Positions 1 through 10,236 are shown, counted from the first letter of the stretch. The stretch is 64,000 bases of DNA from Candidatus Poribacteria bacterium (GCA_965207975.1 OZ242315.1:4106449-4170448), one strand, 5' to 3'. Notes: a model not told the origin generated them from the sequence alone. A program made the numbers and translations.

Positions 1-249
1 GCCAAGGGTGCCGTTAATTTATACCATCTGTCAAATCCGCGGTTGGATTTCCTCGTTTACTTTAGGAAATATATGACAGCCATTTTACCCCTTTTTTACA
101 CGTGGGTCAACGGCAAAAATTATCAGGATTTACCAGATTAAAGGATTTGCAGGATAAAAGAATAGAGCTTATGCAGTTGAACAGTCAAAGCCAACCCCCT
201 TGTTCCCTTATCGGGGGGATAGTTCGGGAATTCATCACAACAGGACAAG

Positions 250-317
250 GCGGGGCAGGATGCCCCGCCTACAGGACATCTTGCCCAACACCCGTTAAGA
301 AACGGGCGGCTACAATC
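250..317. repeat. REP-like (GTAG/CTAC-type) palindromes
   Basis: GCGGGGCAGGATGCCCCGC followed by CTAC, and CCCGTTAAGAAACGGG followed by CGGCTAC: short hairpins with a CTAC tail. Confidence 0.55.
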
Positions 318-467
318 TGAAGCGTGTAATTCCTTGAATGGTGATAGTCATTCTGCTTTTCGATTTCTTTTTCGGTGCATTCCTGTTACAATATCCAAAA
401 TCAACAAGGAGGGTATTTGCCAATGATATCTGTCGCTTCCGCAATGCTTACACTATTAAGAGATACA

Positions 468-1892
468 ATGACACAAGCGGTTTCACCCATTGACATCAGC
501 AATCGGTTGGAACTGTTCGTTGACGATTATCTGATCGATGAAATATCCGGCGCAACCCAACGATTACACCAGCCGCAACCGCAGGACGTTGCCTGTGTTC
601 ATGATAATCCGTGGGAAGGTAGCACCTGCGGCTATAAAACTGTGTTTCAGGATGGTGATCTCTACCGGATGTATTACCGGGGGAGTCACGTTATTTATAC
701 AACTGAGGGCTTTGACAATGACCACCACCCGCAGGTGGTCTGCTACGCTGAAAGCCGCGATGGGATACACTGGACCAAACCGGAACTTGGCTTGATTGCG
801 TTTGATGGCGGGAAACAGAACAATATCATCTGGGAGGGGATGGGATCGCACAACTTCGCACCTTTTAAGGACGAGAATCCCGATTGCAAGCCGGACGAGA
901 AGTACAAGGCACTCGGTTCAGCTGAACGCGCCTTGTATGCGTTCAAGTCCGCCGACGGCATTCGCTGGTCGCTCATGAGCGATGAGCCTGTAATCACCAA
1001 AGGTGCGTTTGACTCACAGAACCTCGCCTTTTGGGATACGGTGCGCGGCGAATACCGTGAATACCATCGCGATTTCCGTGAAGGACGCGACATCCGCACA
1101 GGGACATCAAAAGATTTCCTCAATTGGACTGATCCTGAATGGCTCGACTATTCACCCAGCCGGGTCAGCGAACTATACACGAATCAGATTATCCCATACT
1201 ACCGCGCCCCGCATATCTTCCTCGGCTTTCCAACCCGATATACCGATCGCGGGTGGACGGAATCGACGAAAGCCCTGCCGGAGCTGGAGTATCGCCGTCT
1301 CCGAGGTTACGTGTCTGAGCGCGAGGGGACAGCCGTGACGGATGGAATGTTCATGAGCAGCCGTGATGGACACCATTTCAACGTTTGGCCCGAATCGTTT
1401 ATCCGTCCGGGTTTACGATTAAGAGGTAACTGGTTCTACGGCGACAACTATCAAAATTGGGGGTTGGTCGAGACAAAATCGCACATTGATGGTGCGCCCG
1501 ATGAGATTTCCATCTATGCGAGTGAAGATTCGCATCAAGGAGACGATTCTCGCTACCGCCGTTATACAATCCGAATTGATGGATTTGTCTCAATGCAGGG
1601 GCCGTTGGGTGGCGGGGAATTTGTAACAAAGCCGCTGACCTTCAAAGGAGATCAGCTTGCCATTAACTTCTCAACCTCTGGGGCGGGCAGCATTCAGGTC
1701 GAACTTCAGGATGCATCTGGCGATGCCATCCCCGGCTTCGGATTAGCCGATTGTCCGGAGGTCTTCGGTGATGATCTTGAACGGGTAGTAACATGGAAGG
1801 ACGGTACAGATGTGAGTCGGCTTTCAGGACAGCCTATCCGTCTGCGATTCCTGTTAAAGGACGCAGATCTCTACTCAATTCGATTCAGTTGA
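468..1892 (+). CDS. Beta-propeller glycoside hydrolase-like protein (GH32/43/130 clan-like) with C-terminal beta-sandwich
   Basis: ORF 375..1892, ATG 468 preferred; repeated Asp-box-like motifs (YAESRDGIHW, FKSADGIRW, MSSRDGHHF). Confidence 0.65.
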   Translation: MTQAVSPIDISNRLELFVDDYLIDEISGATQRLHQPQPQDVACVHDNPWEGSTCGYKTVFQDGDLYRMYYRGSHVIYTTEGFDNDHHPQVVCYAESRDGIHWTKPELGLIAFDGGKQNNIIWEGMGSHNFAPFKDENPDCKPDEKYKALGSAERALYAFKSADGIRWSLMSDEPVITKGAFDSQNLAFWDTVRGEYREYHRDFREGRDIRTGTSKDFLNWTDPEWLDYSPSRVSELYTNQIIPYYRAPHIFLGFPTRYTDRGWTESTKALPELEYRRLRGYVSEREGTAVTDGMFMSSRDGHHFNVWPESFIRPGLRLRGNWFYGDNYQNWGLVETKSHIDGAPDEISIYASEDSHQGDDSRYRRYTIRIDGFVSMQGPLGGGEFVTKPLTFKGDQLAINFSTSGAGSIQVELQDASGDAIPGFGLADCPEVFGDDLERVVTWKDGTDVSRLSGQPIRLRFLLKDADLYSIRFS

Positions 1893-2043
1893 TAGCCCAA
1901 ATTTCACGGAAAGCGAACGGGAGAAGAATTGGCGTATCGCCACAGAGATTTCTCCTGTAACGCTCAGACCGCATATACAAATTCTGCACATGAGCAGGGC
2001 AAGTAATTGACGTATATTGTCAATTAACACCATTATCCTTAGG

Positions 2044-2072
2044 TTGAAATTCGGGTAAAATAAGTGTATCAT
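2044..2072 (+). promoter_or_regulatory. Sigma70-like promoter for the ATPase/DUF4435 operon
   Basis: TTGAAA-17 bp-TATCAT. Confidence 0.45.
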
Positions 2073-2198
2073 TATAAGCATATTGTATGTTCGCAGATTA
2101 AGCAAAGCCTATGCTTAGCAGTGTCCTTTGTCGACACATAGCGCGAACCTGCTCTAAATTGCTTTATCATTAGTGGTGCATTTCTTGAGGTGATAACA

Positions 2199-3578
2199 AT
2201 GCGGATTACAGAAGTAGTCGCTGAAGGTCTGTTTGGAATATTTGACCATACGATATCGTTGAATGCTGAAGAGCGTATAACAATTATTCACGGTCCAAAT
2301 GGTTTTGGAAAAACAATTTTACTACAGATGCTTAACGGCTTATTTAACAGTAGATTTACACAATTTCGTAGCATCCCTTTTCGTAAATTTGAGATTCGAT
2401 TTGAGGAAGGAAGTGCAATATGGATTGATGAAATATCTGAGTCCAGCACTCAACAAATGATTTTATGGGATAATCTGGATCCCGATGATAGTGCGACTGA
2501 AAAACGTGCACATCTGCCAAAGGCACCTATCGTCATCAACTTTTTGGAGAACAGTGGACAAACAGATTCCTTCATCTTAGGACAGATCAATGAAGATGTG
2601 ACTCCTTTGTCAATAATAGAGGAGGTAACAGGCTTAGAACGGATAGAAGCTAGGCAATGGATAACCGACGATGGTGAGATTCTATATCTTGATGAAGTTA
2701 TAGATCGTTTTGGATCTCGTTTGCCATTCAGGCTTAAAGAACCAGGTTGGTGGATTCAAATTAAAGAATCAACCAAAATTCATCTCATTGAAACGCAACG
2801 ACTATTGAATGTTTCTAGTCGAAGAGTGACCAGAAATAGGTTTGTTCACAGCAGACCGCCGATGATAACATGGGTGCCAACTGTCAAAGAATATTCAAAG
2901 GAGTTAGCCGAAAAAATTCAAGAAAAACTGGCAGAATCGGCGGCTTTATCTCAATCGTTGGACAGAACATTTCCAGCTCGGTTAGTACAACAGATGGGAC
3001 ATTCTGAACTTACCGAAGATCAAATTAAAAACAAACTAGACGAACTGGAAGAGAAACGTTCTAGACTCGAGGAGGTCGGGCTTTTAGATAAAGAACAAGA
3101 TATGGATCTGCCAATCCAACAAATCAGTAAAAACACAGAGGAAGTTTTATCTGTTTACGTTCAAGATGTAGAGGAAAAACTAAGTGTGCTTGATGAAATT
3201 ACGAATAAAATTGATCTTTTCAAGCAAATCATAAATGAACGCTTCCGATACAATAGAATGACGATTTCGAGACAAGAAGGATTTTCTTTTTTGACTAGAG
3301 GCGATAAGCCTCTTCCTGTAACCTCGTTATCTTCTGGCGAACAACATGAATTAGTTCTGTTGTACCAATTGCTATTCAAAGTACGCCCTAATTCTCTCAT
3401 CCTTATCGACGAACCTGAACTCTCATTACATGTCGCATGGCAGCAACAATTTCTACAAGATCTACAAGAAATAACTCAACTTGCTTCCTTTGATGTGCTC
3501 ATCGCTACCCATTCACCTCAAATTATTCATGATCGCTGGGATTTGACAGTTGAATTGAAAGGACCAGAGATCGCATGA
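2199..3578 (+). CDS. ariA: ABC/AAA_21-type ATPase, PARIS AriA-like
   Basis: Walker A GPNGFGKT, signature LSSGEQ, Walker B ILIDEPELSLH, H-loop ATHSP; ATGA overlap with the DUF4435 gene; alternative GTG start at 2190. Confidence 0.8.
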   Translation: MRITEVVAEGLFGIFDHTISLNAEERITIIHGPNGFGKTILLQMLNGLFNSRFTQFRSIPFRKFEIRFEEGSAIWIDEISESSTQQMILWDNLDPDDSATEKRAHLPKAPIVINFLENSGQTDSFILGQINEDVTPLSIIEEVTGLERIEARQWITDDGEILYLDEVIDRFGSRLPFRLKEPGWWIQIKESTKIHLIETQRLLNVSSRRVTRNRFVHSRPPMITWVPTVKEYSKELAEKIQEKLAESAALSQSLDRTFPARLVQQMGHSELTEDQIKNKLDELEEKRSRLEEVGLLDKEQDMDLPIQQISKNTEEVLSVYVQDVEEKLSVLDEITNKIDLFKQIINERFRYNRMTISRQEGFSFLTRGDKPLPVTSLSSGEQHELVLLYQLLFKVRPNSLILIDEPELSLHVAWQQQFLQDLQEITQLASFDVLIATHSPQIIHDRWDLTVELKGPEIA

Positions 3579-4450
3579 AGGAGGAAATCAAAGCGAATCA
3601 CCTCGCCAACGAAATCCGGATGACTCGCACTCAATTCCGAGGAAGTTTCTTGATTGTTGAAGGTCAAACTGCTGATTTCCGAGTTTACAAGCGTCTTGTT
3701 GACCCTAAGCAGACTAAAATTATACCAGCACATAACAAGGATAGAGCACTAGCAGCACTCCAAATTCTCGAAAACGCTGACTTTGATGGAGTTGTGGCCA
3801 TCGTTGACGCTGATTTCTGGCGACTTGAGGGAGTAGAGCCGGCGAGTCCAAATCTGTTTATAACTGATACACATGACTTAGAAACGATGCTTCTTGAGTC
3901 TCCTTCATTAGATAAATTACTTGACGAATTTGGTTCTGAACAAAAAATGACCAACTTCACCGCAAACAGTAAAATGGAGGTCCGCCAAGCCTTACTGGCT
4001 GCTGCTCGTCCAATCGGGTACTTAAGATGGGCTTCTCAACGAGACAATCTTTCTCTGACGTTTGAAGGGATTATTTTCAGTCGATTTATTGATCATAATA
4101 CACTGCATATTGATAGCAGTGAACTGATTCGAGAAGTTAAGAACAAGTCGCGCAGGCACGATCTCAGCGAAAGCGGTTTGCAGGATAAAATTGATGAACT
4201 CACAGATTCAAAACACAATTCTTGGGACATCTGCTGTGGGCATGATTTAGTCAGTATTCTGTCGTTTGGTTTGTACAGGGTTTTAGGTTCAAACCAGCGT
4301 AGAGAAGTCGAACCGGAGGTACTTGAGAAATTTCTGCGAGCCGGGTATGAATCCACCTATTTCTTATCAACTCAACTCTACCAGTTGCTACGAGGATGGG
4401 AAGCTTCCAACCTACCGTTTCGGATCTTCTCAACGGAACAGCGAGTATAG
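3575..4450 (+). CDS. ariB: DUF4435 TOPRIM-like nuclease, PARIS AriB-like
   Basis: TOPRIM motifs LIVEG and VDADF, plus HDLE and GHD motifs typical of DUF4435; coupled to the ATPase. Confidence 0.8.
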   Translation: MKEEIKANHLANEIRMTRTQFRGSFLIVEGQTADFRVYKRLVDPKQTKIIPAHNKDRALAALQILENADFDGVVAIVDADFWRLEGVEPASPNLFITDTHDLETMLLESPSLDKLLDEFGSEQKMTNFTANSKMEVRQALLAAARPIGYLRWASQRDNLSLTFEGIIFSRFIDHNTLHIDSSELIREVKNKSRRHDLSESGLQDKIDELTDSKHNSWDICCGHDLVSILSFGLYRVLGSNQRREVEPEVLEKFLRAGYESTYFLSTQLYQLLRGWEASNLPFRIFSTEQRV

Positions 4451-4593
4451 AACTTACGCAGCAACAGCACTGCCTACTCGATCTAACTTTTGTGCCAGAG
4501 GGAAGAGTGAGTGACTGACCAGTTGCAATTGATTGACAATTAACCGCTCTACCACTCACTTTTTTGGAAAGCGAAGATATAATTGAGGGGCGT

Positions 4594-5616
4594 TTAAGGG
4601 GTAGGTGCGTCTTCGCGCAGCAGCCCCTCTGCCTTTAGCTCACTCCACAGATCCGCCGGGATGGGGTGCTCAAATATTTCGACATTCGATTGAACGTGCT
4701 CCGGCATGAGTCCTCCCGGAATCGCTGCGGCAACGATTGGATGTGCTAACGGGAATTGTAACGCAGCTGCCCGTAGTGGCACATTATGTCGATCACAAAC
4801 GGCTTGAATACGCCGCGTTTTTTTCAATACTTCAGGGGGTGCCGGGGCATAGGCGTAATACGCATTCTCTGTCGCACCTGTCGCTAGAATACCAGAGGCG
4901 AACACCGCGCCAATCACCACACCGACACCGCGTTCCTCGCACTGTGGAAATTCAGCGTCTAAGACATCCTGATCTAACAACGTATACGGCATTGCAACGA
5001 TAAAGAAATCGAGGTCTACCATTTCTAAAAAGCGCGGGATCGTGCCCATCTGATTCACGCCAGCCCCTATCCCTTTTATCTGTCCACTGGAACGAAGTTC
5101 CTCAAGTGCCCGCCAACCGCTGGTGCCGAGCTGCACCATGTGAGCATTGATCCGCGTGTCGTTCACATGAAACATGTGGTCGAGATCGTGGATGAGCAGC
5201 AAATCGATGGAGTTCAAACTGAGCCGCTGGAGGCTGTCTTCAAAAGAGCGCATAACCCCATCGTAGCTATAGTCAAAATAAAGATCGAAAGGCAGTCCTC
5301 CCGCCCACATCCCTTTGTCGAAATTATCGGGGTCACGCGTCGCCCGCAGCACACGCCCGATCTTCGTAGAAAGCACAAAGTCCTTACGCGGCTGTTGGCG
5401 GAGAAAATGTCCGAAACGATGCTCGCTTTTCCCATAACCGTAGAACGGTGCTGTGTCAAAGTAGCGTAAGCCGGCATCCCATGCCGCTTGCAGTGTCCCC
5501 TGCGCTTGCGTTTCGCTGAGAATTTCAAAGAGATCTCCGAGTGGTGCCCCGCCGAAACCCAAGTTGGTTAAGGCAACCCCTGTATTTCCCAAGTTGCTTG
5601 TTGCTATATTACCCAT
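4594..5616 (-). CDS. Aldo/keto reductase (D-threo-aldose 1-dehydrogenase-like)
   Basis: LGFGGAPLG, YFDTAPFYG, STKIGR, DLLLIHD motifs. Confidence 0.9.
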   Translation of the reverse strand: MGNIATSNLGNTGVALTNLGFGGAPLGDLFEILSETQAQGTLQAAWDAGLRYFDTAPFYGYGKSEHRFGHFLRQQPRKDFVLSTKIGRVLRATRDPDNFDKGMWAGGLPFDLYFDYSYDGVMRSFEDSLQRLSLNSIDLLLIHDLDHMFHVNDTRINAHMVQLGTSGWRALEELRSSGQIKGIGAGVNQMGTIPRFLEMVDLDFFIVAMPYTLLDQDVLDAEFPQCEERGVGVVIGAVFASGILATGATENAYYAYAPAPPEVLKKTRRIQAVCDRHNVPLRAAALQFPLAHPIVAAAIPGGLMPEHVQSNVEIFEHPIPADLWSELKAEGLLREDAPTP

Positions 5617-5747
5617 TAATGTTCCTCCAAACTAACTGTTATTTATTGCTAGTGAAATGATGCCAATCGGTAATCTGTGCAGGCGTATTGCTCAAAGTAC
5701 AAAATAGCAGCGTACTCACAAATATAAATGGGTGTGTCCTAATCTTC

Positions 5748-5957
5748 TCATTCTTCCTCGTGTGCCTGCTGAATCTGATTTGCGAGCGTTTCGACATCTG
5801 GTGCGGTAAGCCATTGATGTCGATCCACGGAGTAATTACCTTTTCCTGTCTCGTACTGATGGAGAAAACGGATCATGCCAGCAGGCCCAAGTTTACTCAA
5901 GAGTGCTTCAATACCGAGTTCATGAATCTGATTCGCTGTCAGGTCTCGTATGTTCAT
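5748..5957 (-). CDS. Small putative antitoxin partner of the PIN protein
   Basis: 69 aa, overlaps the PIN gene; ALxxxLGPAGMIRFLxQYxxGxGNY pattern seen next to PIN genes. Confidence 0.65.
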   Translation of the reverse strand: MNIRDLTANQIHELGIEALLSKLGPAGMIRFLHQYETGKGNYSVDRHQWLTAPDVETLANQIQQAHEEE

Positions 5958-6420
5958 TCTCAGTTACCTCCTGTAACCAGGTGAGTGGGTTTTCGACACG
6001 GCTGTGAAGTTGCGAGCTGATCCTTTTTGCTTTTCTTAGCATTTGATCATCCGTTGTTAAAAGCAAATCCACATTACCGCTTTCGGCGCAGGCGAGATGC
6101 AAAGCATCAAACGGCTTGAACCCCAACGATTCAAGGTGTTTGCCTCTTAATGTCTCCGTTGTGCCAACAGAAATCACTCGATGAACGTAATTTAATAGAA
6201 ATTTGACTTGAAGACGTTGTCTCAAATCAAGGTTTTGGTTGGCTTCAAACGTAGAAACTTCACTAGAAATCCATTCCCATTGCCCTGCGTAAAAATGCTC
6301 GATAATCAGCACGATAGCTTCAGTTTCAAGACGAATTCGAGGCTGTGTCTGATCATCAAAAGGACGACTCAAACAACAATTGTCTAGATAGATTTTCCAA
6401 CGTTTCAATATCGCTTGCAT
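5920..6420 (-). CDS. PIN-domain (VapC-like) ribonuclease toxin
   Basis: IYLDNCC...FDALHLACAE...LLTTDD acidic PIN motifs; ORF open to 6507, ATG 6420 more plausible. Confidence 0.8.
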   Translation of the reverse strand: MQAILKRWKIYLDNCCLSRPFDDQTQPRIRLETEAIVLIIEHFYAGQWEWISSEVSTFEANQNLDLRQRLQVKFLLNYVHRVISVGTTETLRGKHLESLGFKPFDALHLACAESGNVDLLLTTDDQMLRKAKRISSQLHSRVENPLTWLQEVTENEHTRPDSESDS

Positions 6421-6731
6421 TCGTTGAACTTCTACACTGCTTTCTTCAAAATCGTTAAGGGATTCTTGAATGCCGATGATTTTCTCACAATCGCTACCGA
6501 ATTTCAAGCATTTTTTAATTCAAGCGACTCCTTGCAGGGTTGAGATTAAAGATCCGCATCAAATCGATAAACCGGTTCCCAACCTAGCAGCTTTTCTGTC
6601 CGTGCCACGTCCCCTTTTTTATAACCGCCCGATGTGGCAAATATATAAAAGCAATCGTAGCTAATATCCGGTGACTCTAGGGCGCATTTCAGGGCAGATG
6701 CAACATCCCGTCTATCAATCGAGCCATAATA

Positions 6732-7648
6732 ACCTTTGGTGCTATTTTAGAGAGTGAATTGAGCGATAGATAAAGGTACAAATCCATCGTTATTAGTTGG
6801 CAATCCGTCCCATTGGACCAAAAGATTAAACAGAGCCATAGTGAAAGCAAGGCGAGTTTTGAAATAAGCCCAACATCGATGTGTCACTTTCTTCAAATGA
6901 CACACCCCCGTCAACATAGATAAGATGGTCTCTATCAGCATCCTATCGTTCCATTGTCCACGGGGACATATACGCAAGTTTGAAGGGTGCCAATCGCCTT
7001 TGGCAAACCCTTCATCAGCAAAGACCACCATCTGGTCACTCACATTATCAACGATATGTTGAAAATGGCTTCCATCGTAAACATTGGCAGTGGCACAATC
7101 CCAGTCCACAATCAGTCCCAAGTGGTTGACCAACACACACAGTTTGCCCCCGACAATCCATCGTTGGTTGGATATGCCTTTTTTGCCGACTTGTTGTTCA
7201 GAACGACCTTCTCGACGGGGATGAATCAGTTCAATACCATAAGTATCAATCACTCCTATCAATGAGGGATTTGCCATGAACATATCCGTCAGATGGTGAT
7301 GCCTGTTGAACAATCGGAACAGGCGGGTTCTTTCGGGTAAATTGGGAAACAGCGACTTATAGTTGTTTTCTATCCAACGATAGAATGCACGGTTGCCAAC
7401 ACCTTTGAGGGCAAATAGCAAGGCGATGGTAACCACTTCAGACGGATAGAGATTGGCTTTGGTATGCTTCTGGTTCTTATTTGCTTGTGTGAGTTTATCA
7501 TCTACTCGACAGAACAATTGTGTGATAAAATCTATAGTGGTCATGAGCTTTGGTTCCTCCCGTTAATCGAGTTTGGTTGATTACCCCGATTAACGATAGA
7601 AGTGAGGATACCGGCTCATGACCTACAAATTATACTAGCACCATTGGT
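6732..7648 (-). mobile_element. IS982-family insertion sequence
   Basis: Imperfect terminal IRs ACCTTTGGTGCTA / TAGCACCATTGGT; 5-bp TSD TAATA at 6727-6731 and 7649-7653. Confidence 0.9.
6747..7544 (-). CDS. IS982-family DDE transposase
   Basis: FCRVDD, LYPSEVVTI, IDTY, FADEGF, RMLIET motifs; lies between the IRs. Confidence 0.85.
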   Translation of the reverse strand: MTTIDFITQLFCRVDDKLTQANKNQKHTKANLYPSEVVTIALLFALKGVGNRAFYRWIENNYKSLFPNLPERTRLFRLFNRHHHLTDMFMANPSLIGVIDTYGIELIHPRREGRSEQQVGKKGISNQRWIVGGKLCVLVNHLGLIVDWDCATANVYDGSHFQHIVDNVSDQMVVFADEGFAKGDWHPSNLRICPRGQWNDRMLIETILSMLTGVCHLKKVTHRCWAYFKTRLAFTMALFNLLVQWDGLPTNNDGFVPLSIAQFTL

Positions 7649-8351
7649 TAATAGAAACCGTTGACAGGATGACCATCAGTCGTAACCATTTGATCTGAAT
7701 CGATGATGCCCCACGGTCGGATACACGCGATAGAAAGACCGTATTGTTCATGATAATTTCGGGCGAGTTCTTCTTGCACTAGCTTAGAAAGATCATAGGA
7801 GCTAGCGGCTTTGAGTGGGTATAGATCGTACGTGAGAAAAGTGTCTTCCGGATAGCCACCATGGACCGCCCCACTGGAGGTATGGACGAATCGCTGGATT
7901 TCGCATACACGGGCAGCTTCAAGGAGATTAAACATACCCCGCACGTTAATATCAAAACCCGGGCCCTCCATGCCGTAACTGCCATTAGGTGCCATAATCG
8001 TATTCACAACCGCATCATGACCAGCCATTACGGCTTCAAGCGTTGTATAGTCAAGCACATCCCCTTGAACGGTGTTATCGTAACCCTCCACCGGGCGAAT
8101 GTCGAAGGCAGTCACGTCATGGTCTTGGCTCAAGATATTGACCGCTGCGCGTCCCACAAAGCCGGCTGCGCCTGTCAACAGTATTTTCATAATTGTAGCC
8201 CCTTCAGTTTATGTGATGAGTTATCAATGAAAAGATACAATATCTATTTACACCCTACATATTTCAATTTTGTCTGACACATTATTGTTTAGAACCCCTC
8301 GACTTGTCAAGAGGTTCACCGATGAGGTCATTGAGAAGCATAATTTTTCCA

Positions 8352-8380
8352 TTGACGCTACATTGAATCATCCGTATTAT
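8352..8380 (+). promoter_or_regulatory. Sigma70-like promoter upstream of the IS982/SDR genes
   Basis: TTGACG-17 bp-TATTAT. Confidence 0.5.
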
Positions 8381-8454
8381 AGACACCTTGAGGTGGAAGC
8401 CTTATGGTGCATGGGATGTTTCCCTATATGTGTTGAACGAAATTCAATAGATTA

Positions 8455-9375
8455 ACGCAAGTTGCTAGTTGAATATCCATGGAATTTCCGTTAGAGTATT
8501 TGTGTTCTAAACAAAACTCATCAACAGGAGAATTCCATGGACTTAGTAATCGTAGCATTTTATACACTTTGTGACGATCTGTTAATTCAACACCACTACC
8601 AAGATGACCCCCGAACCCAAATGTCCGCCGCTGAAGTCATGACGACGGCACTCGTGGCTGCCCAACTGTTCGGTGGCAATCAACAGATGGCACGGTGTCT
8701 ACTCAAGGAGCAGGGATATATTCCCCATATGCTCAGTAAGGCACGATTCAATCGAAGACTCCATCAAATTGCACCGATGTTTCAGACACTTTTTGAATCA
8801 CTTGCCACAGACTGTAAAGCACAAAACTCAGACCAACTCTATATCATCGACTCGTATCCCGTGCCAGTGTGTGATGTGATTCGCATCTCTAGTGCAAAAT
8901 TTTATCAAGGGGAAGTCTGGCGCGGGATGATAGCCAGTAAACGGAGATACTTCTATGGACTCAAACTGCATCTGATGGTCACCGAGTCTGGCATACCGGT
9001 TGAGTTTTTCTTAACACCGGGCAGTTTTAGTGATGTTCAAGGGTTGCGGTGTTATCCGTTTGATTTACCTCAAGGGGCAACCATTTATGCAGATAAAGCC
9101 TACTGCAATTATGGGATTGAAGATGCCTTAGCTGAAGCCGGTATCATGCTCAAACCGTTGCGAAAAAAGAACAGCAAACGGCAATATCAAGCCCACGAAG
9201 TTTACATACACCATCACCACAGGAAGCGGATAGAGGTGACAAACAGTTTAATCACCCAACGGCTACCCCGCTCTATTCATGCCGTGACTGCCGATGGGTT
9301 TGAGATTAAGATTATTTTGTTTCTCATTGCTACTATGATTACACTTATCATTAAATAAACACTAGCAACTTGCGT
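8455..9375 (+). mobile_element. IS982-family insertion sequence (second, different element)
   Basis: Perfect 15-bp IRs ACGCAAGTTGCTAGT / ACTAGCAACTTGCGT; 7-bp TSD TAGATTA at 8448-8454 and 9376-9382. Confidence 0.93.
8537..9358 (+). CDS. IS982-family transposase
   Basis: IIDSYPVPVC, YFYGLKLHL, YADKAY, RKRIE motifs. Confidence 0.92.
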   Translation: MDLVIVAFYTLCDDLLIQHHYQDDPRTQMSAAEVMTTALVAAQLFGGNQQMARCLLKEQGYIPHMLSKARFNRRLHQIAPMFQTLFESLATDCKAQNSDQLYIIDSYPVPVCDVIRISSAKFYQGEVWRGMIASKRRYFYGLKLHLMVTESGIPVEFFLTPGSFSDVQGLRCYPFDLPQGATIYADKAYCNYGIEDALAEAGIMLKPLRKKNSKRQYQAHEVYIHHHHRKRIEVTNSLITQRLPRSIHAVTADGFEIKIILFLIATMITLIIK

Positions 9376-9429
9376 TAGATTAAGAAAAAGAATCCTATCA
9401 AAAATAACATCAAAGGAAGTCAAACAATA

Positions 9430-10236
9430 ATGGAAAACAGCGGAACACGGTTAGCAGGCAAAGTTGCCATTGTCACCGGAGCGGGAAGTCGCACCCCGGT
9501 AGATGGTGTCGGACGAGCAACATCGATTCTCTTTACTCGGCAGGGTGCCAAGGTTTTGTTGGTAGACCGAAATCTCGAAAATGCGGAGAAAACCCTTGCT
9601 GTTATTGAGGAAGAAGGTGGGGAGGCGTCAATTTTCGTCGGCGATGTTTCCCAAAACGATGACTGTCAGGCAATGGCTGAAGCAGCCGTTGAGCGATACG
9701 GTGAGCTGCATATCCTATTTAATAGTGCCGCCATCGGTGGTGCAGGGACGGTCGTTGATGTAGATCCAGATGTCTGGGATGACGTGATGGCGGTGAATCT
9801 CAAAGGTATGATGTTGGCATCTAAGCACGCCATTCCCAAGATGATTGAAGCAGGGAGCGGCTCGATCATCAATATCGCTTCAATTGATGGGCTGCGGGCA
9901 AATATCTGGCGCAACCTCCCCTATGCTGTATCGAAAGGCGGGGCGGTCTCCTTGACGCGCAATATGGCGGTACATCATGGGCGGGATAACATTCGGGTCA
10001 ACTGCATCGCACCGGGTCACATTTACGCCCCAATGACAACCACTATTTCCGATGAATTGCGCGATCTCCGCCGTCGGTCAGGTCCGTTGGGAACGGAAGG
10101 CACCGCTTGGGACATCGCATGGGCAGGGCTATTCCTCGCTAGCGATGAGTCCCGCTGGATTTCCGGGGTGCTACTTCCCATCGATGCGGGTCTGCTTGCA
10201 ACAACGCCGCTAGCGATGTTATCCCATTTGCAGTGA
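9430..10236 (+). CDS. Short-chain dehydrogenase/reductase (SDR)
   Basis: IVTGAG, NSAAI, YAVSKG catalytic motif, RVNCIAPG. Confidence 0.92.
   Translation: MENSGTRLAGKVAIVTGAGSRTPVDGVGRATSILFTRQGAKVLLVDRNLENAEKTLAVIEEEGGEASIFVGDVSQNDDCQAMAEAAVERYGELHILFNSAAIGGAGTVVDVDPDVWDDVMAVNLKGMMLASKHAIPKMIEAGSGSIINIASIDGLRANIWRNLPYAVSKGGAVSLTRNMAVHHGRDNIRVNCIAPGHIYAPMTTTISDELRDLRRRSGPLGTEGTAWDIAWAGLFLASDESRWISGVLLPIDAGLLATTPLAMLSHLQ

Larger units (their letters stand above)
6546..8190 (-). pseudogene. NAD-dependent epimerase/dehydratase interrupted by an IS982 element
   Basis: N-part has TGAAGFVG and YDLSK; removing the IS and one TSD copy restores the frame ...NGFYYGSIDRRDVASALKCALE...LLGWEPVYRFDADL* ending at 6546. 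Confidence 0.9.

Noticed and set aside
102-320. 72-aa ORF
   Set aside because: Runs through REP-like palindromes and has no recognisable protein features
7648-8190. Complete 180-aa epimerase gene
   Set aside because: Its stop codon is created by the IS junction; the true 3' end lies at 6546-6731
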